64,000 bases of DNA from Eledone cirrhosa (taxonomy: Eukaryota): the NCBI GenBank assembly GCA_964016885.1, contig OZ024741.1, forward strand, positions 30,938,001-31,002,000, in the 5' to 3' direction. Numbering within the stretch: position 1 is the first letter of the stretch; every line of letters begins with the position of its first letter. The position numbers and the translations under genes are program-made. Under the pieces are notes generated by a model. It did no database searches and was not told where the DNA came from. It saw nothing but the letters and a program-made list of their open reading frames with translations. Positions 28,141 to 43,100 of the stretch are shown piece after piece.

Positions 28141-29734
28141 CAATACATCATTACAGTCATACTTCCTTCCACTCCTTCCTTCAATACATCATTACAGTCA
28201 TACTTCCTTTCCACTCCTTCCTTCAATACATCATTACAGTCATACTTCCTTCCACTCATTCCTTCCTTCAATACATTATTACAGACATACTTCCTTCCAC
28301 TCCTTCCTTCCTTCAATACATCATTACAGTCATACTTCCTTCCACTCCTTCCTTCAATACATCATTACAGTCATACTTCCTTTCCACTCCTTCCTTCAAT
28401 ACATCATTACAGTCATACTTCCTTCCACTCATTCCTTCCTTCAATACATTATTACAGACATACTTCCTTCCACTCCTTCCTTCCTTCAATACATCATTAC
28501 AGTCATACTTCCTTCCACTCCTTCCTTCAATACATCATTACAGTCATACTTCCTTTCCACTCCTTCCTTCAATACATCATTACAGTCATACTTCCTTCCA
28601 CTCATTCCTTCCTTCAATACATTATTACAGACATACTTCCTTCCACTCCTTCCTTCCTTCAATACATCATTACAGTCATACTTCCTTTCCACTCCTTCCT
28701 TCAATACATCATGACAGTCATACTTCCTTCCACTCATTCCTTCCTTCAATACATTATTACAGACATACTTCCTTCCACTCCTTCCTTCCTTCAATACATC
28801 ATTACAGTCATACTTCCTTCCACTCCTTCGTTCCTTCCTTCAATACATCATTACAGTCATACTTCCTTCCACTCCTTCCTTCAATACATCATTACAGTCA
28901 TACTTCCTTTCCACTCCTTCCTTCAATACATCATTACAGTCATACTTCCTTCCACTCATTCCTTCCTTCAATACATTATTACAGACATACTTCCTTCCAC
29001 TCCTTCCTTCCTTCAATACATCATTACAGTCATACTTCCTTCCACTCCTTCCTTCAATACATCATTACAGTCATACTTCCTTTCCACTCCTTCCTTCAAT
29101 ACATCATTACAGTCATACTTCCTTCCACTCATTCCTTCCTTCAATACATTATTACAGACATACTTCCTTCCACTCCTTCCTTCCTTCAATACATCATTAC
29201 AGTCATACTTCCTTCCACTCCTTCCTTCAATACATCATTACAGTCATACTTCCTTTCCACTCCTTCCTTCAATACATCATTACAGTCATACTTCCTTCCA
29301 CTCATTCCTTCCTTCAATACATTATTACAGACATACTTCCTTCCACTCCTTCCTTCCTTCAATACATCATTACAGTCATACTTCCTTTCCACTCCTTCCT
29401 TCAATACATCATGACAGTCATACTTCCTTCCACTCATTCCTTCCTTCAATACATTATTACAGACATACTTCCTTCCACTCCTTCCTTCCTTCAATACATC
29501 ATTACAGTCATACTTCCTTCCACTCATTCCTTCCTTCAATACATTATTACAGACATACTTCCTTCCACTCCTTCCTTCCTTCAATACATCATTACAGTCA
29601 TACTTCCTTCCACTCCTTCCTTCCTTCCTTCAATACATCATTACAGACATACTTCCTTCCACTCCTTCCTTCCTTCAATACATCATTACAATCATACTTC
29701 CTTCCACTCCTTCCTTCCCTCCTTCAATACATCA

Positions 29735-31725
29735 TTACAGTCATACTTCCTTCCACTCCTTCCTTCCCTCGTTCATTACATCATTACAGTCATACTTCCT
29801 TCCACTCCTTCGTTCCTTCCTTCAATACATCATTACAGTCATACTTCCTTTCACTCCTTCCTTCGTTCCTTCAATACATCATTACAGTCATACTTCCTTT
29901 CACTCCTTCCTTCGTTCCTTCAATACATCATCACAGTCATACTTCCTTCAACTCCTTCCTTCCTTCAATACATCATTACAGTCATACTTCCTTCCACTCC
30001 TTCATCAATACATCATTACAGTCATACTTCCTTCAACTCCTTCCTTCCTTCAATACATCATTACAGTCATACTTCCTTCCACTCCTTCGTTCCTTCCTTC
30101 AATACATCATTACAGTCATACTTCCTTTCACTCCTTCCTTCGTTCCTTCAATACATCATCACAGTCATACTTCCTTCAACTCCTTCCTTCCTTCAATACA
30201 TCATTACAGTCATACTTCCTTTCCACTCCTTCCTTCAATACATCATTACATTCATACTTCCTTCCACTCCTTCCTTCCTTCAATACATCATTACAGTCAT
30301 ACTTCCTTTCACTCCTTCCTTCAATACATCATTTCAGTAATACTTCCTTCCACTCCTTCCTTTCTTCCTTCAATACAATATTACAGTCATACTGTCTTCA
30401 ACTCCTTCCTTTCTTCAATACATAATTACATTCATACTTCCTTCCACTCCTTCCTTCCTACAATACATCATTACAGTAATACTTTCTTCCACTCCTTCCC
30501 TCCTTCAATACATCATTACAGACATACTTCCTTCCACTCCTTCCTTCCACTCCTTCCTTCCTTCAATACATCATTACAGTCATACTTCCTTCCACCCCTT
30601 CCTTCCACTCCTTCCTTCCTTCAATACATCATTACAGTCATACTTCCTTCCACTCCTTCCCTCCTTCAATACATCATTACAGACATACTTCCTTCCACTC
30701 CTTCCTTCCTTCCTTCAATACATCATGACAGTCATACTTCCTTCCACTCCTTCCTTCCCTCGTTCATTACATCATTACAGTCATACTTCCTTCCACTCCT
30801 TCGTTCCTTCCTTCAATACATCATTACAGTCATACTTCCTTTCACTCCTTCCTTCGTTCCTTCAATACATCATTACAGTCATACTTCCTTTCACTCCTTC
30901 CTTCGTTCCTTCAATACATCATCACAGTCATACTTCCTTCAACTCCTTCCTTCCTTCAATACATCATTACAGTCATACTTCCTTCCACTCCTTCATCAAT
31001 ACATCATTACAGTCATACTTCCTTCAACTCCTTCCTTCCTTCAATACATCATTACAGTCATACTTCCTTCCACTCCTTCGTTCCTTCCTTCAATACATCA
31101 TTACAGTCATACTTCCTTTCACTCCTTCCTTCGTTCCTTCAATACATCATCACAGTCATACTTCCTTCAACTCCTTCCTTCCTTCAATACATCATTACAG
31201 TCATACTTCCTTTCCACTCCTTCCTTCAATACATCATTACATTCATACTTCCTTCCACTCCTTCCTTCCTTCAATACATCATTACAGTCATACTTCCTTT
31301 CACTCCTTCCTTCCTTCAATACATCATTTCAGTAATACTTCCTTCCACTCCTTCCTTTCTTCCTTCAATACAATATTACAGTCATACTGTCTTCAACTCC
31401 TTCCTTTCTTCAATACATAATTACATTCATACTTCCTTCCACTCCTTCCTTCCTACAATACATCATTACAGTAATACTTTCTTCCACTCCTTCCCTCCTT
31501 CAATACATCATTACAGACATACTTCCTTCCACTCCTTCCTTCCACTCCTTCCTTCCTTCAATACATCATTACAGTCATACTTCCTTCCACCCCTTCCTTC
31601 CACTCCTTCCTTCCTTCAATACATCATTACAGTCATACTTCCTTCCACTCCTTCCCTCCTTCAATACATCATTACAGACATACTTCCTTCCACTCCTTCC
31701 TTCCTTCCTTCAATACATCATGACA
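29735..31725. repeat. ~991-995-bp tandem duplication within the satellite
   Basis: CTCGTTCATTAC marker with its G at 29771 and 30762. CAATACAATATT marker at 30371 and 31366. Boundaries are approximate. Confidence 0.85.
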
Positions 31726-34700
31726 GTCATACTTCCTTCCACTCCTTCCTTCCCTCCTTCAATACATCATTACAGACATACTTCCTTCCACTCCTTCCTT
31801 CCTTCAATACATCATTACATTCATACTTCCTTCCACTCCTTCCTTCCTTCCTTCAATACATCATGACAGTCCTACTTCCTTCCACTCCTTCCACTCCTTC
31901 CTTCCTTCAATACATCATTACAGTCATACTTCCTTCCACTCATTCCTTCCTTCAATACATTATTACAGACATACTTCCTTCCACTCCTTCCTTCCTTCAA
32001 TACATCATTACAGTCATACTTCCTTCCACTCCTTCCTTCCTTCTTTCAATACATCATTACAGACATACTTCCTTTCACTCCTTCCTTCCTTCAATACATC
32101 ATTACAGTCATACTTCCTTCCACTCCTTCCTTCTCTCCTTCAATACATCATTACAGTCATACTTCCTTCCACTCCTTCCTTCCCTCGTTCATTACATCAT
32201 TACAGTCATACTTCCTTCCACTCCTTCCTTCCTTCCTTCAATACATCATTACAGCCATACTTCCTTTCACTCCTTCCTTCGTTCCTTCAATACATCATTA
32301 CAGTCATACTTCCTTTCCACTCCTTCCTTCAATACATCATTACAGTCATACTTTCTTCCACTCCTTCCTTCCTTCAATACATCATTACGGTCATACTTCC
32401 TTCCACTCCTTCCTTCCTTCAATACATCATTACAGTCATACTTTCTTCCACTCCTTCCTTCCTTCAAAACATCATTACAGTCATACTTCCTTCCACTCCT
32501 TCCTTCAATACATCATTACAGTCATATTTCCTTCCACTCCTTCCTTCCTTCAATACATCATTACAGTCGTACTTGCTTCCACTCCTTCCTTCCCTCCTTC
32601 AATACATCATTACATACATACTTCCTTCTACTCCTTCCCTCTTTTAGTACATTATTACAGTCATACTTTCTTCCACTCCTTCCTTCCCTCCTTCAATACA
32701 TCCTTACAGTCATATTTCCATCCACTCCTTCCTTCCTTCAATACATCATTACAGTCATACTTCCTTCCACTCCTTCCTTCCTTCAATACATCATTACAGT
32801 CCTACTTCCTTCCACTCCTTCCTTCCTTCAATACATCATTACAGACATACTTCCTTCCACTCCTTCCTTCCTTCAATACATCATTACTGTCATAATTCCT
32901 TCCACTCCTTCCTTCCTTCAATACATCATTACTGTCATAATTCCTTCCACTCCTTCCTTCCTTCAATACATCATTACAGTCATACTTCCTTCCTCTCCTT
33001 CCTTCCTTCCTTCAATACATCATTACAGACATACTTCCTTCCACTCCTTCCTTCCTTCAATACATCATTACATACATACTTCCTTCCACTCCTTCCTTCC
33101 TTCAATACATCATTACAGACATACTTCCTTCCACTCCTTCCTTCCTTCAATACATCATTACAGAAATACTTCCTTCCATTCCTTCCTTCCTTCAATACAT
33201 CATTACAGTCATACTTCCTTCCACTCCTTCCACTCCTTCCCTCCTTCAATACATCATTACAGTCATACTTTCTTCCACTCCTTCCTTCCTTCAATACATC
33301 ATTACAGTCATACTTTCTTCCACTCCTTCCTTCCTTCAATACATCATTACAGTCATACTTCCTCCCACTCCTTCCTTCCTTCAATACATCATTACAGTCA
33401 TACTTCCTTCCACTCCTTCCTTCCTTCAATACATCATTACAATCATACTTTCTTCCACTCCTTCCTTCCTTCAATACATCATTACAGTCATACTTCCTTC
33501 CACTCCTTCCTTCCTTCAATACATCATTACAGTCATACTTTCTTCCTCTCCTTCCTTCATTCAATACATCATTACAGTCATACTTCCTTCCACTCCTTCC
33601 CTCCTTCAATACATCATTACAGTCATATTTCTTTCCACTCCTTCCTTCCTTCAATACATCATTACAGTCATACTTCCTTCCACTCCTTCCTTCCCTCCTT
33701 CAATACATCATTACAGACATACTTCTTTCCACTCCTTCCTTCCGTCAATACATCATTACAGTCATACTTCCTTCCACTCCTTCATTCCTTCAATACATCA
33801 TTACAGTCATACTTCCTTCCACTCCTTCCTTCCTTCAATGCATCATTACAGTCATACTTCCTTCCAATTCTTCCTTCCTTCAATACATCATCACAGTCAT
33901 AATTCCTTCCACTCATTCCTTCCTTCAATACATCATTACAGTCATACTCCCTTCAACTCCTTCCTTCCTTCAATACATCATTACAGACATACTTCCTTCC
34001 ACTCCTTCCTTCCTTCAATACATCATCACAGTCATACTTCCTTCAACTCCTTCCTTCCTTCAATACATCATCACAGTCATACTTCCTTCAACTCCTTCCT
34101 TCCTTCAATACATCATTACAGTCATACTTCCTTCCACTCCTTCCTTCCTTAAATACATCATTACAGTCATACTTCCTTCCATTCCTTCCTTCCCTTCTTC
34201 AATACATCATTACAGTCATACTTCTTTCCACTCCTTCCTTCCTTCAATACATCATTACAGTCATACTTCCTTCCACTCCTTCCTTCCCTCCTTCAATACA
34301 TCATTACAGACATACTTCTTTCCACTCCTTCCTTCCGTCAATACATCATTACAGTCATACTTCCTTCCACTCCTTCATTCCTTCAATACATCATTACAGT
34401 CATACTTCCTTCCACTCCTTCCTTCCTTCAATACATCATTTCAGTAATACTTCCTTCCACTCTTTCCTTCCTTCAATACATCATTACAGTCATACTTTCT
34501 GCAACTCCTTCCTTCCTTCCTTCAATACATAATTACAGTCATACTTCCTTCCTCTCCTTTCTTCCTACAATACATCATTACAATCATACTTCCTTCCACT
34601 CCTTCCTTCCTTCCTTCCTTCCTTCAATACATCATTACCGTCATACTTCCTTCCACTCCTTCCCTCCTCCAATACATCATTACAGACATACTTCCTTCCA

Positions 34701-37162
34701 CTCCTTCCTTCCTTCAATACATCATTACAGTCATACTTCCTTCCACTCCTTCCTTCCCTCCTTCAATACATCATTACATTCATACTTCCGTCCACTCCTT
34801 CCTTCCTTCCTTCAATACATCATGACAGTCATACTTCCTTCCACTCCTTCCTTCCCTCCTTCAATACATCATTACAGACATACTTCCTTCCACTCCTTCC
34901 TTCCTTCAATACATCATTACAGTCATACTTCCTTCCACTCCTTTCTTCCTTCCTTCAATACATCATCACATTCATACTTCCTTCAACTCCTTCCTTCCTT
35001 CAATACATCATTACAGTCATACTTCCTTCCACTCCTTCCTTCAATACATCATTACACTCATACTTCCTTCCACTCCTTCCTTCCTTCAATACATCATTAC
35101 GGTCATACTTCCTTCCACTCCTTCCTTCCTTCAATACATCATTACAGTCATACTGCCTTCCACTCCTTCCTTCCTTCAAAACATCATTACAGTCATACTT
35201 CCTTCCACTCCTTCCTTCCTTCAATACATCATTAATGTCATATTTCCTTCCACTCCTTCCTTCCTTCAATACATCATTACAGTCGTACTTCCTTCCACTC
35301 CTTCCTTCCCTCCTTCAATACATCATTACATACATACTTCCTTCCACTCCTTCCCTCTTTCAATACATCATTACAGTCATACTTCCTTCCACCCTTTCCT
35401 TCATTCCTTCAATACATCATTACAGTCATACTTGCTTCCACTCCTTCCTTCCTTCAATACATCATTACAGTCATACTTCCTTCCACTCCTTCCTTCAATA
35501 CATCATTACAGTCATACTTCCTTTCCACTCCCTCCTTCAATACATCATTACAGTCATACTTTCTTCCACTCCTTCCTTCCCTCCTTCAATACATCCTTAC
35601 AGTCATATTTCCATCCACTCCTTCCTTCAATACATCATTACAGTCATACTTCCTTCCACTCCTTCCTTCCCTCCTTCAATACATCATTACAGTCATATTT
35701 CCTTCCACTCCTTCCTTCCTTCAATACATCATTACAGACATACCTCCTTCCACTCCTTCCTTCCTTCAATACATCATTACAGTCATACTTCCTTCCACTC
35801 CTTCCTTCCCTCCTTCAATACATCATTACAGTCATACTTCCTTCCACTCCTTCCTTCCTTCAATACATCATTACAGTCATACTTCCTTCCACTCCTTCCT
35901 TCGTTCCTTCAATACATCATTACAGTTATACTTCCTTCCACTCCTTCATTCGTTCAATACATCATTACAGTCATACTTCCTTCCACTCCTTCCTTCAATA
36001 CATCATTACAGTCATACTTCCTTCCACTCCTTCCTTCAATACATCATTACAGTCATACTTTCTTTCCACTCCTTCCTTCAATACATCATTACAGTCATAC
36101 TTCCTTCCACTCCTTCCTTCCTTCAATACATCATTACAGTCATACTTCCTTCCACTCCTTCATTTCTTCAATACATCATTACAGTCATACTTCCTCCCAC
36201 TCCTTCCTTCCTTCAATACATCATTACAGTCATACTTCCTTCCACTCATTCCTTCCTTCCTTCAATACATCATTACAGTCATACTTTCTTCCACTCCATC
36301 CTTCCTTCAATACATCATTACATTCATACTTCCTTCCACTCCTTCCTTCAATACATCATTACAGTCATACTTCCTTCCACTCCTTCCTTCCTTCAATACA
36401 TCATTACAGTCATACTTCCTCCCACTCCTTCCTTCCTTCAATACATCATTACAGTCATACTTACTTCCACTCCTTCCTTCCTTCCTTCCTTCAATACATC
36501 ATTACTGTCATACTTTCTTCCACTCCTTCCTTCCTTCAATACATCATTACAGTCATACTTCCTTCCACTCCTTCCTTCCTTCAATACATCATTACAGTCA
36601 TACTTTCTTCCTCTCCTTCCTTCAATACATCTTTACAGTCATACTTCATTCCACTCCTTCCTTCCTTCAATACATCATTACAGTTATACTTCCTTCCACT
36701 CCTTCCTTCCTTCAATACATCATTACAGACATACTTCCTTCCACTCCTTCCTTCCTTCAATACATCATCACAGTCATACATCCTTCCACTCCTTCCTTCG
36801 TTCCTTCAATACATCATTACAGTCATACTTCCTTCCACTCATTCCTTCCTTCAATACATCATTACAGTCATACTCCCTTCAACTCCTTCCTTCCTTCAAT
36901 ACATCATTACAGACATACTTCCTTCCACTCCTTCCTTCCTTCAATACATCATTACAGTCATACTTCCTTCCACTCCTTCCTTCGTTCCTTCAATACATCA
37001 TTACAGTTATACTTCCATCCACTCCTTCATTCGTTCAAAACATCATTACAGTCATCCTTCCTTCCACTCGTTCCTTCCTTCAATACATCATTACAGTCAT
37101 ACTTCCTTCCACTCCTTCCTTTCTTCAATACATCACTACAGTCATACTTCCTCCCATTCCCT

Positions 37163-40100
37163 CCTTCCTTCAATACATCATTACAGTCATACTTCCTTCC
37201 ACTCCTTCCTTCAATACATCATTACAGTCATACTTTCTTCCTCTCCTTCCTTCCTTCAATACATCATTACAGTCATACTTCCTTCCACTCCTTCCTTCCT
37301 TCAATACATCATTACAGTCATACTTCCTTCCACTCCTTCCTTCAATACATCATTACACTCATACTTCCTTCCACTCCTTCCTTCCTTCAATACATCATTA
37401 CGGTCATACTTCCTTCCACTCCTTCCTTCCTTCAATACATCATTACAGTCATACTTCCTTCCACTCCTTCCTTCCTTCAAAACATCATTACAGTCATACT
37501 TCCTTCCACTCCTTCCTTCCTTCAATACATCATTAATGTCATATTTCCTTCCACTCCTTCCTTCCTTCAATACATCATTACAGTCGTACTTCCTTCCACT
37601 CCTTCCTTCCCTCCTTCAATACATCATTACATACATACTTCCTTCCACTCCTTCCCTCTTTCAATACATCATTACAGTCATACTTCCTTCCACCCTTTCC
37701 TTCATTCCTTCAATACATCATTACAGTCATACTTCCTTCCACTCCTTCCTTCCTTCAATACATCATTACAGTCATACTTCCTTCCACTCCTTCCTTCAAT
37801 ACATCATTACAGTCATACTTCCTTTCCACTCCTTCCTTCAATACATCATTACAGTCATACTTTCTTCCACTCCTTCCTTCCCTCCTTCAATACATCCTTA
37901 CAGTCATATTTCCATCCACTCCTTCCTTCAATACATCATTACAGTCATACTTCCTTCCACTCCTTCCTTCCCTCCTTCAATACATCATTACAGTCATATT
38001 TCCTTCCACTCCTTCCTTCCTTCAATACATCATTACAGACATACCTCCTTCCACTCCTTCCTTCCTTCAATACATCATTACAGTCATACTTCCTTCCACT
38101 CCTTCCTTCCCTCCTTCAATACATCATTACAGTCATACTTCCTTCCACTCCTTCCTTCCTTCAATACATCATTACAGTCATACTTCCTTCCACTCCTTCC
38201 TTCGTTCCTTCAATACATCATTACAGTTATACTTCCATCCACTCCTTCATTCGTTCAATACATCATTACAGTCATACTTCCTTCCACTCCTTCCTTCAAT
38301 ACATCATTACAGTCATACTTCCTTCCACTCCTTCCTTCAATACATCATTACAGTCATACTTTCTTTCCACTCCTTCCTTCCTTCAATGCATCATTACAGT
38401 CATACTTCCTTCCACTCCTTCCTTCCTTCAATACATCATTACAGTCATACTTCCTTCCACTCCTTCATTTCTTCAATACATCATTACAGTCATACTTCCT
38501 CCCACTCCTTCCTTCCTTCAATACATCATTACAGTCATACTTCCTTCCACTCATTCCTTCCTTCCTTCAATACATCATTACAGTCATACTTTCTTCCACT
38601 CCATCCTTCCTTCAATACATCATTACATTCATACTTCCTTCCACTCCTTCCTTCAATACATCATTACAGTCATACTTCCTTCCACTCCTTCCTTCCTTCA
38701 ATACATCATTACAGTCATACTTCCTCCCACTCCTTCCTTCCTTCAATACATCATTACAGTCATACTTCCTTCCACTCCTTCCTTCCTTCCTTCCTTCAAT
38801 ACATCATTACTGTCATACTTTCTTCCACTCCTTCCTTCCTTCAATACATCATTACAGTCATACTTCCTTCCACTCCTTCCTTCCTTCAATACATCATTAC
38901 AGTCATACTTTCTTCCTCTCCTTCCTTCAATACATCATTACAGTCATACTTCATTCCACTCCTTCCTTCCTTCAATACATCATTACAGTTATACTTCCTT
39001 CCACTCCTTCCTTCCTTCAATACATCATTACAGACATACTTCCTTCCACTCCTTCCTTCCTTCAATACATCATCACAGTCATACTTCCTTCCACTCCTTC
39101 CTTCGTTCCTTCAATACATCATTACAGTCATACTTCCTTCCACTCATTCCTTCCTTCAATACATCATTACAGTCATACTCCCTTCAACTCCTTCCTTCCT
39201 TCAATACATCATTACAGACATACTTCCTTCCACTCCTTCCTTCCTTCAATACATCATTACAGTCATACTTCCTTCCACTCCTTCCTTCGTTCCTTCAATA
39301 CATCATTACAGTTATACTTCCATCCACTCCTTCATTCGTTCAAAACATCATTACAGTCATACTTCCTTCCACTCGTTCCTTCCTTCAATACATCATTACA
39401 GTCATACTTCCTTCCACTCCTTCCTTTCTTCAATACATCACTACAGTCATACTTCCTCCCATTCCCTCCTTCCTTCAATACATCATTACAGTCATACTTC
39501 CTTCCACTCCTTCCTTCAATACATCATTACAGTCATACTTTCTTCCTCTCCTTCATTCCTTCAATACATCATTACAGTCATACTTCCTTCCACTCCTTCC
39601 TTTCTTCAATACATCATTACAGTCATACTTCCTTCCACTCCTTCCTTCCTTCAATACATCATTACAGTCATACTTCCTTCCACTCCTTCCTTCCTTCAAT
39701 ACATCATTACAGTCATACTTCCTCCCACTCCTTCCTTCCTTCAATACATCATTACAGTCATACTTCCTTCCACTCCTTCCTTCCTTCCTTCAATACATCA
39801 TTACAGTCATAATTTCTTCCACTCCTTCCTTCCTTCAATACATCATTACAGTCATACTTCCTTCCACTCCTTCCTTCCCTCCTTCAATACATCATTACAG
39901 ACATACTTCTTTCCACTCCTTCCTTCCTTCAATACATCATTACAGTCATACTTCCTTCCACTCCTTCCTTCCCTCCTTCAATACATCATTACAGACATAC
40001 TTCTTTCCACTCCTTCCTTCCGTCAATACATCATTACAGTCATACTTCCTTCCACTCCTTCATTCCTTCAATACATCATTACAGTCATACTTCCTTCCAC

Positions 40101-43100
40101 TCCTTCCTTCCTTCAATACATCATTACAGTCATACTTCGTTTCACTCCTTCCTTCCTTCAATACATCATTACAGTCATACTTCCTTCCACTCCATCCTTT
40201 CTTCCTTCAATACATTATTACAGTCATACTTCCTTCCACTCCTTCCTTCGTTCCTTCAATACATTATTACAGTTATACTTCCATCCACTCCTTCATTCGT
40301 TCAAAACATCATTACAGTCATACTTCCTTCCACTCCTTCCTTCAATACATCATTACAGTCATACTTCCTTCCACTCCTTCCTTCAATACATCATTACAGT
40401 CATACTTCCTTTCCACTCCTTCCTTCAATACATCATTACAGTCATATTTCCTTCCACTCCTTCCTTCCTTCAATACATCATTACAGTCATACTTCCTTCC
40501 ACTCCTTCCTTCCTTCAATACATCATTACAGTCATACTTCCTCCCACTCCTTCCTTCCTTCAATACATCATTGAAGTCATACTTCCTTCCACTCCTTCCT
40601 TCCTTCAATACATCATTACAGTCATACTTTCTTCCACTCCTTCCTTCCTTCAATACATCATTACAGTCATACTTCCTTCCACTCCTTCCTTACTTCAATA
40701 CATCATTACAGTCATACTTTCTTCCTCTCCTTCCTTCCTTCAATACATCATTACAGTCATACTTCCTTCCACTCCTTCCTTCCTTCAATACATCATTACA
40801 GTCATACTTCCTTTCCACTCCTTCGTTCCTTCAATACATCATTACAGTCATACTTCCTTCCACTCCTTCCTTCCTTCAATACATCATTACAGTCATACTT
40901 CCTTCCACTCATTCCTTCCTCCAATACATCATTACAGACATACTTCCTTCCACTCCTTCCTTCCTTCAATACATCATCACAGTCATACTTCCTTCCACTC
41001 CTTCCTTCGTTCCTTCAATACATCATTACAGTCATACTTCCTTTCACTCCTTCCTTCCTTCAATACATCATTACAGTCATACTTCCTTCCACTCCTTCCT
41101 TCAATACATCATTACAGTCATACTTTCTTCCTCTCCTTCCTTCCTTCAATACATCATTACAGTCATACTTCCTTCCACTCCTTCCTTCCTTCAATACATC
41201 ATTACAGTCATACTTCCTTCCACTCCTTCCTTCAATACATCATTACACTCATACTTCCTTCCACTCCTTCCTTCCTTCAATACATCATTACGGTCATACT
41301 TCCTTCCACTCCTTCCTTCCTTCAATACATCATTACAGTCATACTTCCTTCCACTCCTTCCTTCCTTCAAAACATCATTACAGTCATACTTCCTTCCACT
41401 CCTTCCTTCCTTCAATACATCATTAATGTCATATTTCCTTCCACTCCTTCCTTCCTTCAATACATCATTACAGTCGTACTTCCTTCCACTCCTTCCTTCC
41501 CTCCTTCAATACATCATTACATACATACTTCCTTCCACTCCTTCCCTCTTTCAATACATCATTACAGTCATACTTCCTTCCACCCTTTCCTTCATTCCTT
41601 CAATACATCATTACAGTCATACTTCCTTCCACTCCTTCCTTCCTTCAATACATCATTACAGTCATACTTCCTTCCACTCCTTCCTTCAATACATCATTAC
41701 AGTCATACTTCCTTTCCACTCCTTCCTTCAATACATCATTACAGTCATACTTTCTTCCACTCCTTCCTTCCCTCCTTCAATACATCCTTACAGTCATATT
41801 TCCATCCACTCCTTCCTTCAATACATCATTACAGTCATACTTCCTTCCACTCCTTCCTTCCCTCCTTCAATACATCATTACAGTCATATTTCCTTCCACT
41901 CCTTCCTTCCTTCAATACATCATTACAGACATACCTCCTTCCACTCCTTCCTTCCTTCAATACATCATTACAGTCATACTTCCTTCCACTCCTTCCTTCC
42001 CTCCTTCAATACATCATTACAGTCATACTTCCTTCCACTCCTTCCTTCCTTCAATACATCATTACAGTCATACTTCCTTCCACTCCTTCCTTCGTTCCTT
42101 CAATACATCATTACAGTTATACTTCCATCCACTCCTTCATTCGTTCAATACATCATTACAGTCATACTTCCTTCCACTCCTTCCTTCAATACATCATTAC
42201 AGTCATACTTCCTTCCACTCCTTCCTTCAATACATCATTACAGTCATACTTTCTTTCCACTCCTTCCTTCCTTCAATGCATCATTACAGTCATACTTCCT
42301 TCCACTCCTTCCTTCCTTCAATACATCATTACAGTCATACTTCCTTCCACTCCTTCATTTCTTCAATACATCATTACAGTCATACTTCCTCCCACTCCTT
42401 CCTTCCTTCAATACATCATTACAGTCATACTTCCTTCCACTCATTCCTTCCTTCCTTCAATACATCATTACAGTCATACTTTCTTCCACTCCATCCTTCC
42501 TTCAATACATCATTACATTCATACTTCCTTCCACTCCTTCCTTCAATACATCATTACAGTCATACTTCCTTCCACTCCTTCCTTCCTTCAATACATCATT
42601 ACAGTCATACTTCCTCCCACTCCTTCCTTCCTTCAATACATCATTACAGTCATACTTCCTTCCACTCCTTCCTTCCTTCCTTCCTTCAATACATCATTAC
42701 TGTCATACTTTCTTCCACTCCTTCCTTCCTTCAATACATCATTACAGTCATACTTCCTTCCACTCCTTCCTTCCTTCAATACATCATTACAGTCATACTT
42801 TCTTCCTCTCCTTCCTTCAATACATCATTACAGTCATACTTCATTCCACTCCTTCCTTCCTTCAATACATCATTACAGTTATACTTCCTTCCACTCCTTC
42901 CTTCCTTCAATACATCATTACAGACATACTTCCTTCCACTCCTTCCTTCCTTCAATACATCATCACAGTCATACTTCCTTCCACTCCTTCCTTCGTTCCT
43001 TCAATACATCATTACAGTCATACTTCCTTCCACTCATTCCTTCCTTCAATACATCATTACAGTCATACTCCCTTCAACTCCTTCCTTCCTTCAATACATC

